From: Candidatus Beckwithbacteria bacterium CG10_big_fil_rev_8_21_14_0_10_34_10
Lineage (GTDB): Bacteria; Patescibacteriota; Microgenomatia; UBA1400
Direction of reading: 5' to 3'
DNA: 64,000 nucleotides
Assembly (NCBI GenBank): GCA_002773945.1
Contig: PEZT01000016.1
Coordinates: forward strand, 11,655-75,654
Program-made: the position numbers and the translations under genes
Notes under the pieces: generated by a model
What the model saw: the letters and a program-made list of their open reading frames with translations, nothing else
What the model was told of the DNA's origin: nothing
Databases searched by the model: none
Shown: in pieces, positions 1 through 8,726 of the stretch
Layout: every line of letters starts with the position of its first letter
Position numbering within the stretch: position 1 is the stretch's first letter

Positions 1-1032
1 CAAAGCCGCTATTCTTTCCAGTAGTTTTACTTTAGACATTTTTAAATAGTCAGAAACTATTAAGGCCGCTTCAATATTTTCTTTATTCCACTCACCTGGT
101 AAACCGGTTTTAAACTTGCCTTTTCTTTTACCATAAACTTTATTTTGAACTCGACTGGCTTTAATCAACCGATTCATATACTGACTCTTAGCATTAAAAA
201 CAGCTAAACCATCTTTAGGAAGGGATTTAATTAACTCGAACTTGGCCCATTGAGTCTTATCAATTGAACCAAATAGCTCTAGATGTTGTTCATTTATGCC
301 GGTAATAATCCCAATTTTAGGTTTAACCATCTCACAAATTTCTTTAATCTCTCCTTTTTTATAGGCGCCCATTTCCACCACTAAGATTTCATGGCGGGCC
401 CGAAGGTTATTTAGGATTAAGTTAGCAATCCCCAGCTTAGTATTACAATTCATCGGGGTTTTTAAAACATTGTAAAAACTAGACAGGAGGTGGCTTAAAA
501 TCTCTTTAACCGCTGTTTTACCGTAACTCCCCGTTATCCCAATCACTAAAAGATTATTGGCTCTAGAAATCTTTTTCTTAGCCAGATTGATAATCAGTTG
601 TTTTAGAGGAAGCATAAAAAGATGGGTTATAAAAGAGGCCAAAAAGACAGTTAAAGGAACTAAAAGGTTTAAGAAAAACAAAGTGCTAACTAATAAAAGA
701 GGCACACTAACAAAATAGTCTTTTAAAAGACGGAATAGGGCTCTAAGACTTAAGAAGAAGAAATTGTACTGTAAACCAAAGCTTAAGAGTAAGGTTAGCA
801 TGGCTCTTAAGGTAAAACGGGGTCGGTAAAACATCCGCCACTTTAGAATGTTTACTAGCTCCAAAAGCTGCTTTTTACCGGAAACTGTTCTAAAGTGAGC
901 CTGGAGCCGATCAAAACGATATTCTTTTAACTGAACTAAATAAACAAAAAAGAAATTTGACTTAATAATCTGAAGACTTAAGTAAACCAAAAAAAAGAAG
1001 GCTATGGGAACTAAAATATTTAAATCAACCAT
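1..1032 (-). CDS. murF: Mur ligase family protein, probable MurF (UDP-MurNAc-tripeptide--D-Ala-D-Ala ligase). The N-terminus is in the window and the C-terminus runs past position 1. About 160 aa of 3-4 hydrophobic helices precede the P-loop.
   Basis: Reverse-complement translation that I verified codon by codon: MVDLNILVPIAFFFLVYLSLQIIK...LVIGITGSYGKTAVKEILSHL...NTKLGIANLI...VVEMGAYKKGEIKEI...IGIITGINEQHLELFGSIDKT. P-loop GITGSYGKT and the downstream blocks align to E. coli MurF (AITGSSGKTSVKE / NNDIGVP / VIELGANHQGEI / NNLAAAHLEGFGS). The ATG is at 1030-1032. This ORF is absent from the six-frame track, probably because it touches the window edge. Confidence 0.75.
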   Translation of the reverse strand, partial: MVDLNILVPIAFFFLVYLSLQIIKSNFFFVYLVQLKEYRFDRLQAHFRTVSGKKQLLELVNILKWRMFYRPRFTLRAMLTLLLSFGLQYNFFFLSLRALFRLLKDYFVSVPLLLVSTLFFLNLLVPLTVFLASFITHLFMLPLKQLIINLAKKKISRANNLLVIGITGSYGKTAVKEILSHLLSSFYNVLKTPMNCNTKLGIANLILNNLRARHEILVVEMGAYKKGEIKEICEMVKPKIGIITGINEQHLELFGSIDKTQWAKFELIKSLPKDGLAVFNAKSQYMNRLIKASRVQNKVYGKRKGKFKTGLPGEWNKENIEAALIVSDYLKMSKVKLLERIAAL

Positions 1033-1741
1033 TATTAATAAAATCTAAAATATCTTTAGTAAAACACTGACTTTTTTTAAATGGCAAGCTATGGCCACTA
1101 TTATTATAAACGAGCAATTTAGAATTTGGAATGGCTTTTTTCATCATTAAACCATCTTTTAAAGGTGTCACTTTATCTTTTCTGCCCCAAATAATTAATA
1201 CCGGGGCTTTAATTTTCTGAAGCTTTCCTGTTAAATCTTCTTTTAAAATCTTTTTCATCGTCTTTTTCATTATTTTAGAAGCTAAAAAATAGTCTTTTTC
1301 TCGGGCAACTAAATAAAGGGCTTTTTGGGCTAGCTTAGAGAAAAAACAAAATGGAGGTAGATAAAAAAGAGCTTTGCCACTTTTGGCGATTATTAAAAAT
1401 ATTAACTTTTTAAAAGTAAGCTTTTTCCTGATCCCCGCACTATTAACTAAAATTAGGCCTTTTAAATCTTTGTTTTTTAAAGCCGCATATTTAATTCCTA
1501 AACTACCGCCAAAAGAATGACCGAGTAAATAAAAATCTTTAATCTTTTTTTCCTTAAGGTAATTTTTAAGCCAGGAAATATAATCATCTAAATTATAGGC
1601 TTTAACTATTTCTTCTTTTGAAAAGCCCGGCAAAGAAGGCAAAAAAACCCTTAAACCCTTTTCCTCAAATTTTTTCTTAATAGATTCCCATCTTTGAAGT
1701 TTACTGGCCCAACCGTGAAGAATAACAATGTTTTTACTCAT
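1025..1741 (-). CDS. alpha/beta-fold hydrolase (esterase/lipase-like)
   Basis: GHSFGG nucleophile-elbow motif (LLGHSFGGSLG), N-terminal IVILHGW, 238 aa. Confidence 0.6.
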   Translation of the reverse strand: MSKNIVILHGWASKLQRWESIKKKFEEKGLRVFLPSLPGFSKEEIVKAYNLDDYISWLKNYLKEKKIKDFYLLGHSFGGSLGIKYAALKNKDLKGLILVNSAGIRKKLTFKKLIFLIIAKSGKALFYLPPFCFFSKLAQKALYLVAREKDYFLASKIMKKTMKKILKEDLTGKLQKIKAPVLIIWGRKDKVTPLKDGLMMKKAIPNSKLLVYNNSGHSLPFKKSQCFTKDILDFINNG

Positions 1742-1750
1742 TAATTCTTA

Positions 1751-2737
1751 TCATAGCAAAGAAGTAATTGCTTTGGCTAGTTTATCAGGGCTATGACGAA
1801 GATAACTTCTTTGAAGAACATCTCCCTTAGACTTCATCTTAATAGCCGGTGCTAAAAAATCTTTTCTTATTAGTTTAAAGTTATTATTGTTTTTCAAGTC
1901 ATCTTTAACTGGAAAGCCTTTTTCTTGTTTGTATAAATTTAAAACTTTATCTGGGATTTTACCAGTATTTAAAAGAACCAAATTAAGCTTTCTCCCTAAA
2001 TGTTTTTCTATTTCTTTAATATGATCCTGGGCCGTAAAATTAGGGGTTTGACCATATCTAGTCATTAGATTAACAATATAAATAATCTTGGCTTTTGAAT
2101 TTTGAATCGCTTTTTTGGTTCCTTCTATCACTAGATTAGGAAGAATGCTGGTATAAAGATCACCTGGCCCTAAAATTATTAAATCCGCCTCTTGAATCGC
2201 TTTTTTGGCTTTAAGATAGATTTTGGCCTTGGGTTTAGTACTAAGCTTAATAATTTTCTTTCCTCCTTGATGTTTTGGTTCATCAATTTCATGCTCCCCA
2301 ATAATTGTTTTTCCGTCCTCATAAGTGGCTTTTAATTGGATATTTGAGGTAGTCACTGGAAATATTTTGCCTTCAAGCCTAAAAATTCGAGCCGCTATTT
2401 CAACTGCCCTTGGTTCAGAATTAGTCAAATCAGTTAAAGCGGTTAGAATTAAGTTGCCTAAATTATGACCCTTTAAACCTTTGCCTTTAGAAAAACGGTA
2501 TAAAAGAATTTTTCTAATGTAGTCATCACCATTTTCTGCTTTTAAAGCGGCCAAGCACTGCCTCATGTCTCCCACTGGTAAAAAGCCAAATTCAGTTCTT
2601 AGTCTCCCGGTTGAGCCACCGCTGTCAGTTACACTGACAATGGCAGTTAAGCTAACCGGGTATTTTCTTAATCCTGAAAGGACTACAAAAGAACCAGTTC
2701 CACCGCCAATGACAACTATTTTCTTTTTTTTCTTCAT
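1751..2737 (-). CDS. yvcK: YvcK/CofD-like gluconeogenesis factor (UPF0052)
   Basis: KIVVIGGGTGSFVVLSGLRK...VSVTDSGGSTGRLRTEFG...LGNLILTAL; classic YvcK N-terminal Rossmann fold and DxGGSxGRLR motifs. Confidence 0.8.
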   Translation of the reverse strand: MKKKKKIVVIGGGTGSFVVLSGLRKYPVSLTAIVSVTDSGGSTGRLRTEFGFLPVGDMRQCLAALKAENGDDYIRKILLYRFSKGKGLKGHNLGNLILTALTDLTNSEPRAVEIAARIFRLEGKIFPVTTSNIQLKATYEDGKTIIGEHEIDEPKHQGGKKIIKLSTKPKAKIYLKAKKAIQEADLIILGPGDLYTSILPNLVIEGTKKAIQNSKAKIIYIVNLMTRYGQTPNFTAQDHIKEIEKHLGRKLNLVLLNTGKIPDKVLNLYKQEKGFPVKDDLKNNNNFKLIRKDFLAPAIKMKSKGDVLQRSYLRHSPDKLAKAITSLL

Positions 2738-2786
2738 CTAATGAAATTATTATTCTTTATGTTAGACTTTATCCAACAAAGCTATT

Positions 2787-4556
2787 TTACTTAACCGTCA
2801 CACTTTTAGCCAGATTTCTGGGCTTATCTGGATCAGTCCCTCTACCTAAACCTAAATAATATCCTAGAAGCTGGCCCACAATAATATTAGGAATTAGGGT
2901 TAATTCTTTTAAGTCAGGTGTTTTAAAATGATAATCAAATACCAATGAGTTAAAAGGAGCCACTCCAATAATCTTGGCTCCTCTGGATTTTAACTCCATC
3001 GCACTGGACAAAACTTCCTCTTTAATTTTTTTTTGGCTGTCTAAAAGAGCAATACAGGGAGTTCCTTTTTGAATTAAGCTAATGACTCCGTGTTTTAACT
3101 CTCCCGAGGCAAAAGCTTCTGAATGAAGATAACTGGTTTCTTTAATTTTTAAGGCAAACTCCAGGGCCGCCGGATAATTTAAATGTTTACCAATTAGATA
3201 AATATCATTAGCGTCTAAAAGCATTTTAGCCAGCTTAATAATTTTTTCTTTAATTCCATTTTTAAACCATAATCTTAAAGATTTATCTAAAGATTTAATT
3301 TTTTTTCTTCCTAAGTCACCTTTCCCTTTAACAGAAGAAGAAAGTAAATATAAGGTGGCTAGTTGGCTGGTAAAAGCCTTGGTAGAGACAACCGCAATTT
3401 CCGGACCGGCTCCAACCGGTAAAGTAAAATCTGCTAATCTTTCTAAAGTAGAACCAGGGGCATTAACAATAGCGGCTATTAATGCCTTTTTTTGTTTGGC
3501 TTTTTTAACGGCAATTAAAGTGTCAGCGGTTTCTCCACTTTGGGAAATAGCTATAACGATTGTTTTAGAATTGCAAAACCTAGCAAATGGTAAAAACTCA
3601 TAAGCCCCATACGATTGAGCTTCGATTCCGGCATGGGCAAAAAAATACTCCGCCGCCTTAGCACAATAAGAAGCGGTTCCACAACCTAAAAGGATTACCT
3701 TCTTTCCTTTTTTAATTTTCAAACTTAGTTTTTTAATTACTTCCCTATTCAACTCCGCTGTTTTAGAAATGGTTTTTGGCTGCTCAAATATTTCTTTAAT
3801 TAAAAAGTGGGAATAACCGCCTTTTTGGGCATCTTCAACTTCCCAATTAACTATCTTAACTTTAATTCTTTTCTTCTTTCCTGTTTGAAGATTAAAAAAA
3901 CTGACTCCGTGTCTTTTTAAGACTACTCCTTCTCTATCTTTTAGAAAAACCGCTTTTTTAGTTTTCTTTAAAAAGGGAGTAACATCAGAGGCTAAAAAAT
4001 ATTCATCTTTTCCAATTCCCACCACCAAAGGAGAACCATCCCGACAAGCCAAAATTGTTTCTTTTTTTGAATCTAGAACACAAATAGCATTAGAACCAGA
4101 AAGAGCTTTAAAAGTAGAAAAAACTGCTTTTCTTAAAGACATTGTCTTTAATTTTTCTTCAATAAAATGAGCAATTACTTCTGTATCTGTTTCCGATCTA
4201 AACTGGTGGCCTTTTTTCTTTAATTCAGTTTTAATCTCCTGATAATTCTCCACAATTCCGTTGTGAATAACCGCTAATTTCCGGGAGCAATCTAAGTGAG
4301 GATGAGCATTACTATTAGTTACTCCTCCATGAGTGGCCCAGCGGGTATGGCCAATAGCAATGGAGCTTAAAGGAAGCTTGGTTTTAGCCTGGCCTATTTT
4401 CCCAATATGCTTTTCCACTTTTAATACTTGAGACCGAAGAGGTTTAACTGCCAAACCCCAGGAGTCATAACCCCGATACTCAAGTTTTTTTAATCCTTGA
4501 AAGACAAATTGACTCCCATTTTTAGATTTACCAATATAAGCTACTATTCCACACAT
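2787..4556 (-). CDS. glmS: glutamine--fructose-6-phosphate aminotransferase (isomerizing)
   Basis: N-terminal MCGIVAY (class II amidotransferase Cys1), two SIS domains, C-terminal ...SVTVK; 589 aa. Confidence 0.9.
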   Translation of the reverse strand: MCGIVAYIGKSKNGSQFVFQGLKKLEYRGYDSWGLAVKPLRSQVLKVEKHIGKIGQAKTKLPLSSIAIGHTRWATHGGVTNSNAHPHLDCSRKLAVIHNGIVENYQEIKTELKKKGHQFRSETDTEVIAHFIEEKLKTMSLRKAVFSTFKALSGSNAICVLDSKKETILACRDGSPLVVGIGKDEYFLASDVTPFLKKTKKAVFLKDREGVVLKRHGVSFFNLQTGKKKRIKVKIVNWEVEDAQKGGYSHFLIKEIFEQPKTISKTAELNREVIKKLSLKIKKGKKVILLGCGTASYCAKAAEYFFAHAGIEAQSYGAYEFLPFARFCNSKTIVIAISQSGETADTLIAVKKAKQKKALIAAIVNAPGSTLERLADFTLPVGAGPEIAVVSTKAFTSQLATLYLLSSSVKGKGDLGRKKIKSLDKSLRLWFKNGIKEKIIKLAKMLLDANDIYLIGKHLNYPAALEFALKIKETSYLHSEAFASGELKHGVISLIQKGTPCIALLDSQKKIKEEVLSSAMELKSRGAKIIGVAPFNSLVFDYHFKTPDLKELTLIPNIIVGQLLGYYLGLGRGTDPDKPRNLAKSVTVK

Positions 4557-4599
4557 TTAACTACAAAAAATCCCTAAGCCAAATTAAGGATTATTAATC

Positions 4600-4803
4600 T
4601 TAATATTTAGGTTCACCCATTGTTCCTAGTCCTATTTTAAGCTGTGCTGCTGTTTTTTCCGGCATAGGTAGTTCTCCACCTGAGCTCATTATCCTTTCCC
4701 ACTTAAAAAATTCTTCTAAATCAGCTACTGGCAAAATTAATTCTACTCCTCCATACCATGTTGAAACTAATGGTTGGTTTTCTCCTTTAATAACTTCTGC
4801 CAT
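4600..4803 (-). CDS. small hypothetical protein (67 aa)
   Basis: MAEVIKGENQPLVSTWYGGVELILPVADLEEFFKWERIMSSGGELPMPEK...; GGAG RBS 5 nt upstream of the ATG (GGAGTTTAAATG); sits 43 nt upstream of glmS; no recognisable family. Confidence 0.45.
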   Translation of the reverse strand: MAEVIKGENQPLVSTWYGGVELILPVADLEEFFKWERIMSSGGELPMPEKTAAQLKIGLGTMGEPKY

Positions 4804-4854
4804 TTAAACTCCAATCCAGGCAGATAATATATTTATAAATATTTCTATTTAAAA

Positions 4855-5016
4855 CTAAACGCCCACCGCCTCAAGTTTATCTAGTAACCCCATAGCATCC
4901 CATTGCCAATTAGTTAATTTAGCCACTCTTATTTCCCGTGCTTCATAAGTTTCAGAATAAAGGGGTTGCTCATCTATTACGCGCTGGGCATTTAAAATAG
5001 CGCCAGCACCTGCCAT
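4855..5016 (-). CDS. small hypothetical protein (53 aa), locally GC-elevated
   Basis: Not in the ORF track (below the size cutoff). My translation: MAGAGAILNAQRVIDEQPLYSETYEAREIRVAKLTNWQWDAMGLLDKLEAVGV*. AGGA RBS (AGGATATCGATG). Same strand as the neighbours. GC is about 44% by hand count versus about one third in flanking genes. Confidence 0.3.
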   Translation of the reverse strand: MAGAGAILNAQRVIDEQPLYSETYEAREIRVAKLTNWQWDAMGLLDKLEAVGV

Positions 5017-5106
5017 CGATATCCTATAAAGACGATCAAGGTTTTCTGCTGAAATTTTAACCCACCCCCTTATTGGATTTGTAATTTTTTACAGTGTTTA
5101 TACATC

Positions 5107-6423
5107 CTATTTTACTCTTTTAATATTAGCCCCTAATTGTCTTAGTTTTTCATCTAGTTTCTCATAACCCCTATCAATATGAGATATATTTTCCAAAGTT
5201 GATTTGCCTTTGGCTATCAGGGCGGCCATAACTAGGGTAGCACCAGCCCTAAGATCAGTGACTTTAAGGTTGGCTCCTTTTAAAGGAGTGGGGCCAGTAA
5301 TTTTAGCCGCGTGAAGGTTTTTATCAGTTTCCGGATTATCAAACTCATAGTATTTTTTAAGATTCCTAACTTCTGGATTAAAAAGTTTTATTTTAGCGCC
5401 CATTTTTTCAAGTTCATGACAGTATTGAAAGCGGTTATTATGAACTCTTTCAATAACTTGGCTTATGCCCTTAGCTTGAGTCATTAAGATTGTCCATAAG
5501 GGCTGCCAGTCAGTCATAAAGCCTGGGGCTGGTTGAGTCTCTATATTAGTGGCTTTCAACTGCTTTTCATACCAAAATCTCATTCCAAACTTGTTAGTTT
5601 CAAACTTAGCTCCAATTTCATCCAGCTTTTCTAAAAAAGCTTTAAGGTGGCTTTTTTTAGCATTTTCCAACACTATATCTCCTTTAGTGGCTAAAGCGGC
5701 GACTGCATAAGAAATGGCTTCGTTTCTATCCGGCATCACTTGATGAATTGCCCCTCCCAGTTTTTTAACTCCATTTATTATTATTTCTTCTCCAGGGCCT
5801 CTTTTAATTTCTCCTCCCATTTTATTTAAAAACTCAATTAAATCATCAATTTCCGGCTCTTGACCAGCATTTTCAATTACGGTTCTACCTTTAGCCTTGG
5901 CCGCTACAATAATCATCGCTTCAGTACCAGTATGGGTTTTTTTGTCAAACCTAAAGGTAGTTCCTTTAAGATTTTTTCCGGTTATATGAATATTTTCTCC
6001 CTGATAGGAAACTTTAGCTCCCAAGCTTTTTAAAGCTTCTAAGTGGCGGTTAACCGGCCTTGTTCCTAAAACACATCCCCCTGGCAGGGGAATGATGGCT
6101 TTTCCAGATCGGGCTAAAAGCATGGCCGCAAAAAGAGTCGCCGCTCTAGTTTTTTTGCCTTCTAACTTCGGCAATTGGCTCATTTTTAAACCATTGGCTT
6201 CAATAAAAACAGTTCTTTCACCGCATTTCTTAACCTTAACTCCTATTTTCTTTAAAATTGCTTGGGTGTTTTCCACGTCTGAAATATAGGAGAGGTTGAG
6301 AATCCTTGACTCCCCTTCTCCAAGGGAAGCAGCAATCATTAATTTAAAGCCGGCATTTTTTGCTCCCCCTAATCTAACTGCTCCCATTAAAGGGTTACCA
6401 CCCTCAATCACTAATCTGGCCAT
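5107..6423 (-). CDS. murA: UDP-N-acetylglucosamine 1-carboxyvinyltransferase
   Basis: MARLVIEGGNPLMGAVRLGGAKNA...LPGGCVLGTRPV (catalytic Cys loop)...; 438 aa, EPSP-synthase fold. Confidence 0.9.
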   Translation of the reverse strand: MARLVIEGGNPLMGAVRLGGAKNAGFKLMIAASLGEGESRILNLSYISDVENTQAILKKIGVKVKKCGERTVFIEANGLKMSQLPKLEGKKTRAATLFAAMLLARSGKAIIPLPGGCVLGTRPVNRHLEALKSLGAKVSYQGENIHITGKNLKGTTFRFDKKTHTGTEAMIIVAAKAKGRTVIENAGQEPEIDDLIEFLNKMGGEIKRGPGEEIIINGVKKLGGAIHQVMPDRNEAISYAVAALATKGDIVLENAKKSHLKAFLEKLDEIGAKFETNKFGMRFWYEKQLKATNIETQPAPGFMTDWQPLWTILMTQAKGISQVIERVHNNRFQYCHELEKMGAKIKLFNPEVRNLKKYYEFDNPETDKNLHAAKITGPTPLKGANLKVTDLRAGATLVMAALIAKGKSTLENISHIDRGYEKLDEKLRQLGANIKRVK

Positions 6424-8721
6424 TTAAAATTCTCCTTTTAAGAAAACTTCTTGCTCTAGCCTTAAAGAAAACTTTTCTTTAACTTTTTTTTGAATTAACG
6501 AGACTAATTTTAACACATCTTTGGCTTTGGCATTGGATTTGTTAAGAATAAAGCTGGCATGCTTTTGGCTGACTTGCGCCCCTCCAACTGTCATTCCCTT
6601 AAAACCAGCTTTTTCAATTAAAAATCCAGCTGAATTAGAAGGAGGATTTTTGAAAAAACAACCAGCGCTTTTTTCATTCATCGGATGGTATTTATTTCGA
6701 TATTTAATTGTCTCTTTTACTATTTTCTCAATTTTAAACCTATTTCCTTTTTTAAGTTTGAAAAATAATTTAAGAATAATATCCTTACTTTTTTGAAAGG
6801 TAGAATAATCATAGGAAAACTTTATCTCTTTCCTTTTTAACGTTTTTACTTTTTTCTGTTTTAAATTATAGACTTCTACTTTTTGAATTAGATCTGCCAT
6901 GTATTTATCTTTAAAGTGAGAATTATTAAATACCGCTCCCCCAATAGTTCCGGGCAAACCGGCAAAGTATTCAAACCCAGATAAGCTATTTTCTAAGCCA
7001 TAGCTAACTAGCTGAGAGGTAAAAGCGCCACTCTCCACCCCTAAAAGATCATTATCTTTATCTATTGTCTGGGCCCGGTTAATAATTACTAAGCCCTTTA
7101 TTCCCAGATCACTAATTAAAACATTAGTTCCCCCACCAATAACCTCAAATTTAATCTTTTTTTGAAGGGCCCATTTTATGGCCTTAACTAACTGAGATTT
7201 AGTTTTAACCAGAGTGAAGTATTCGGCCTTACCCCCAATATTAAAGCTGGTAAAAGAGGCTAATGGCTTGTTTTTTTTTATTTTAATGTCTTTTTCTTTA
7301 CTTTTCCTAATATTTCCTAATAAATTTTTATGCCAGTTAAAAATATCACCGGCTCCAAGAGTTATAATTAAATCATTATCCTTAACATTACTTTTAAGAA
7401 ACTCCCCTGCTTCGGGAAAAGATTTTTTGTAAAAAACATTAGGATTATACTTTTTAATCCTCTCTGCTAATATTTCTCCGGAAACATTAGGATCTATTTG
7501 TTCTCGGGCTGAAGCATAAATATCAGTAATGATAACTAGGTCGGCTGAGTTAAAGGCTTTAGCAAAATCTTTTAATAAAGCTTTGGTCCGAGAATAAGTA
7601 TGAGGTTGAAAAATAGCGATTATCCTTTTGTCTTTAAAATTGGCTTTAACAGCTTTTAAAGTTGCCTGAAGCTGACAAGGATGATGAGCATAATCATCAA
7701 AGAACAAAATCCCATTTATTTTTTTAATTAATTCAAACCTTCTTTTAGTGCCTTTAAAGTTTTTTAAACCTTTTATAATTGTCTTTTCATCTATATTAAA
7801 AAACTTAGCCATAATAAAAGCGCCAACTGCATTTTTTAGATTAAATTCTCCGGGAACAGAAAGACTAATTTTAACTGGCTTGCCTTTTTTAGGTTTTATT
7901 AAAAATTCACTTTTCCCCTGCTTTTGCCATAAAAGCTTTATTTGCCAAAAAGCCTCCTTAGTCATCCCAAAGGTTTGAACTGGAACATTTAAGGTCTTTA
8001 TAAGTTTTTTAACCTCTGGACTATCAACCCCGGCGACTAAAAGACCGTTAGGAGGTATTTTTTTAGCAAAGTTTTTAAAAGCTTTTAAAGTCTCAAAAAT
8101 ATCTTTATATACATCAGGATGATCATAGGCAATGTTTGTCATTACCATTGCTTTGGGATTCTGGTAATCAAAACGGGGTCTTTTATCTTGGGGAGAAGAA
8201 AAATACTCATCAGCTTCAGCAATAAAATGCTGACCTTGAAAATCATATTTACCGGAAGCTTCTAGGTTGGAAATTCCCCCGGCACCAACGGCAAAACTAG
8301 GATTGAGTTTAGCGGCTTTAAAAATACTAACTAACATCGCACTTGTAGTTGTCTTCCCTCCTACGCCGCAAACAGATATACCAATCTTAGAATCCATTAG
8401 CAAACCCAAAGCCTGGGCATGAGACATTACCGGAATATTCATTTTTTTTGCAGCCATTACTTCTGGATTTTCTTCTCCCCCATGAGCGGCTGTAAAAACA
8501 AGCAAGTCAACTAACTTAAAATTTGATTCTTTAAAACCTTTGTGCCAAGAAATCCCGGCTTTTTTTAAGGTTTCATCAGTGACAAAATATTCCTCAATAT
8601 CACTCCCGCTTATCTCAATCCCCATATCCTTAAAACACAAAGCCAAAGCTGTCATTCCCACTCCCTTAATCCCTGTCATATGGATTTTTTTAATATTGTT
8701 AAAATCTATTTTGTTATTCAT
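6424..8721 (-). CDS. murC-murB: fused UDP-N-acetylmuramate--L-alanine ligase (MurC, N-terminal about 460 aa) and UDP-N-acetylenolpyruvoylglucosamine reductase (MurB, C-terminal about 300 aa)
   Basis: N-terminus: IHMTGIKGVGMTALA...ISVCGVGGKTTTSAML...LGAGDIFNW (MurC). After a KSKEKDIKIKKNK linker: PLASFTSFNIGGKAEYF...GLPGTIGGAVFNN...SAGCFFKNP...GGAQVSQKHASFILN (type II MurB FAD-binding and substrate domains). A single 765-aa ORF with no internal stop. Confidence 0.85.
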   Translation of the reverse strand: MNNKIDFNNIKKIHMTGIKGVGMTALALCFKDMGIEISGSDIEEYFVTDETLKKAGISWHKGFKESNFKLVDLLVFTAAHGGEENPEVMAAKKMNIPVMSHAQALGLLMDSKIGISVCGVGGKTTTSAMLVSIFKAAKLNPSFAVGAGGISNLEASGKYDFQGQHFIAEADEYFSSPQDKRPRFDYQNPKAMVMTNIAYDHPDVYKDIFETLKAFKNFAKKIPPNGLLVAGVDSPEVKKLIKTLNVPVQTFGMTKEAFWQIKLLWQKQGKSEFLIKPKKGKPVKISLSVPGEFNLKNAVGAFIMAKFFNIDEKTIIKGLKNFKGTKRRFELIKKINGILFFDDYAHHPCQLQATLKAVKANFKDKRIIAIFQPHTYSRTKALLKDFAKAFNSADLVIITDIYASAREQIDPNVSGEILAERIKKYNPNVFYKKSFPEAGEFLKSNVKDNDLIITLGAGDIFNWHKNLLGNIRKSKEKDIKIKKNKPLASFTSFNIGGKAEYFTLVKTKSQLVKAIKWALQKKIKFEVIGGGTNVLISDLGIKGLVIINRAQTIDKDNDLLGVESGAFTSQLVSYGLENSLSGFEYFAGLPGTIGGAVFNNSHFKDKYMADLIQKVEVYNLKQKKVKTLKRKEIKFSYDYSTFQKSKDIILKLFFKLKKGNRFKIEKIVKETIKYRNKYHPMNEKSAGCFFKNPPSNSAGFLIEKAGFKGMTVGGAQVSQKHASFILNKSNAKAKDVLKLVSLIQKKVKEKFSLRLEQEVFLKGEF

Positions 8722-8726
8722 TTAAT

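Noticed and set aside
3355-3603. Plus-strand ORFs from the six-frame track that lie wholly inside larger minus-strand genes: 3355-3603, 6092-6289, 6521-6796, 7214-7432, 7748-7978, 8540-8725, 10876-11100, 15000-15245, 16385-16651, 17793-18005, 20873-21088, 26100-26282, 26505-26780, 33858-34100, 39521-39703, 39861-40073, 51496-51735, 58121-58351, 61062-61259, 62752-62985. The minus-strand 58338-58550 sits in a second frame of a gene.
   Set aside because: These are antisense or alternative-frame shadows of well-supported genes. They have low-complexity, stop-poor, AT-rich frames, no RBS and no family resemblance.
4804-4857. The 53-aa and 67-aa ORFs being halves of one disrupted gene (they share a frame).
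   Set aside because: Three stop codons (TAG, TAA, TAA) lie between them within 51 nt, and each has its own RBS. A single frameshift or point pseudogene does not explain this.
4861-5016. tRNA or other small RNA gene explaining the GC elevation.
   Set aside because: No T-loop GTTCGA-type motif, no acceptor-stem/CCA geometry and no anticodon-arm pattern on either strand.
4557-5106. glmS ribozyme or another structured leader RNA upstream of glmS (a GC-rich island).
   Set aside because: The plus strand carries an AGCGCCAGCAC string (4999-5009) reminiscent of the ribozyme P1 core, but it is on the wrong strand for this glmS and more than 400 nt away. The gene-strand sequence does not match the ribozyme core as I remember it. 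Not excluded; a covariance-model scan is needed.
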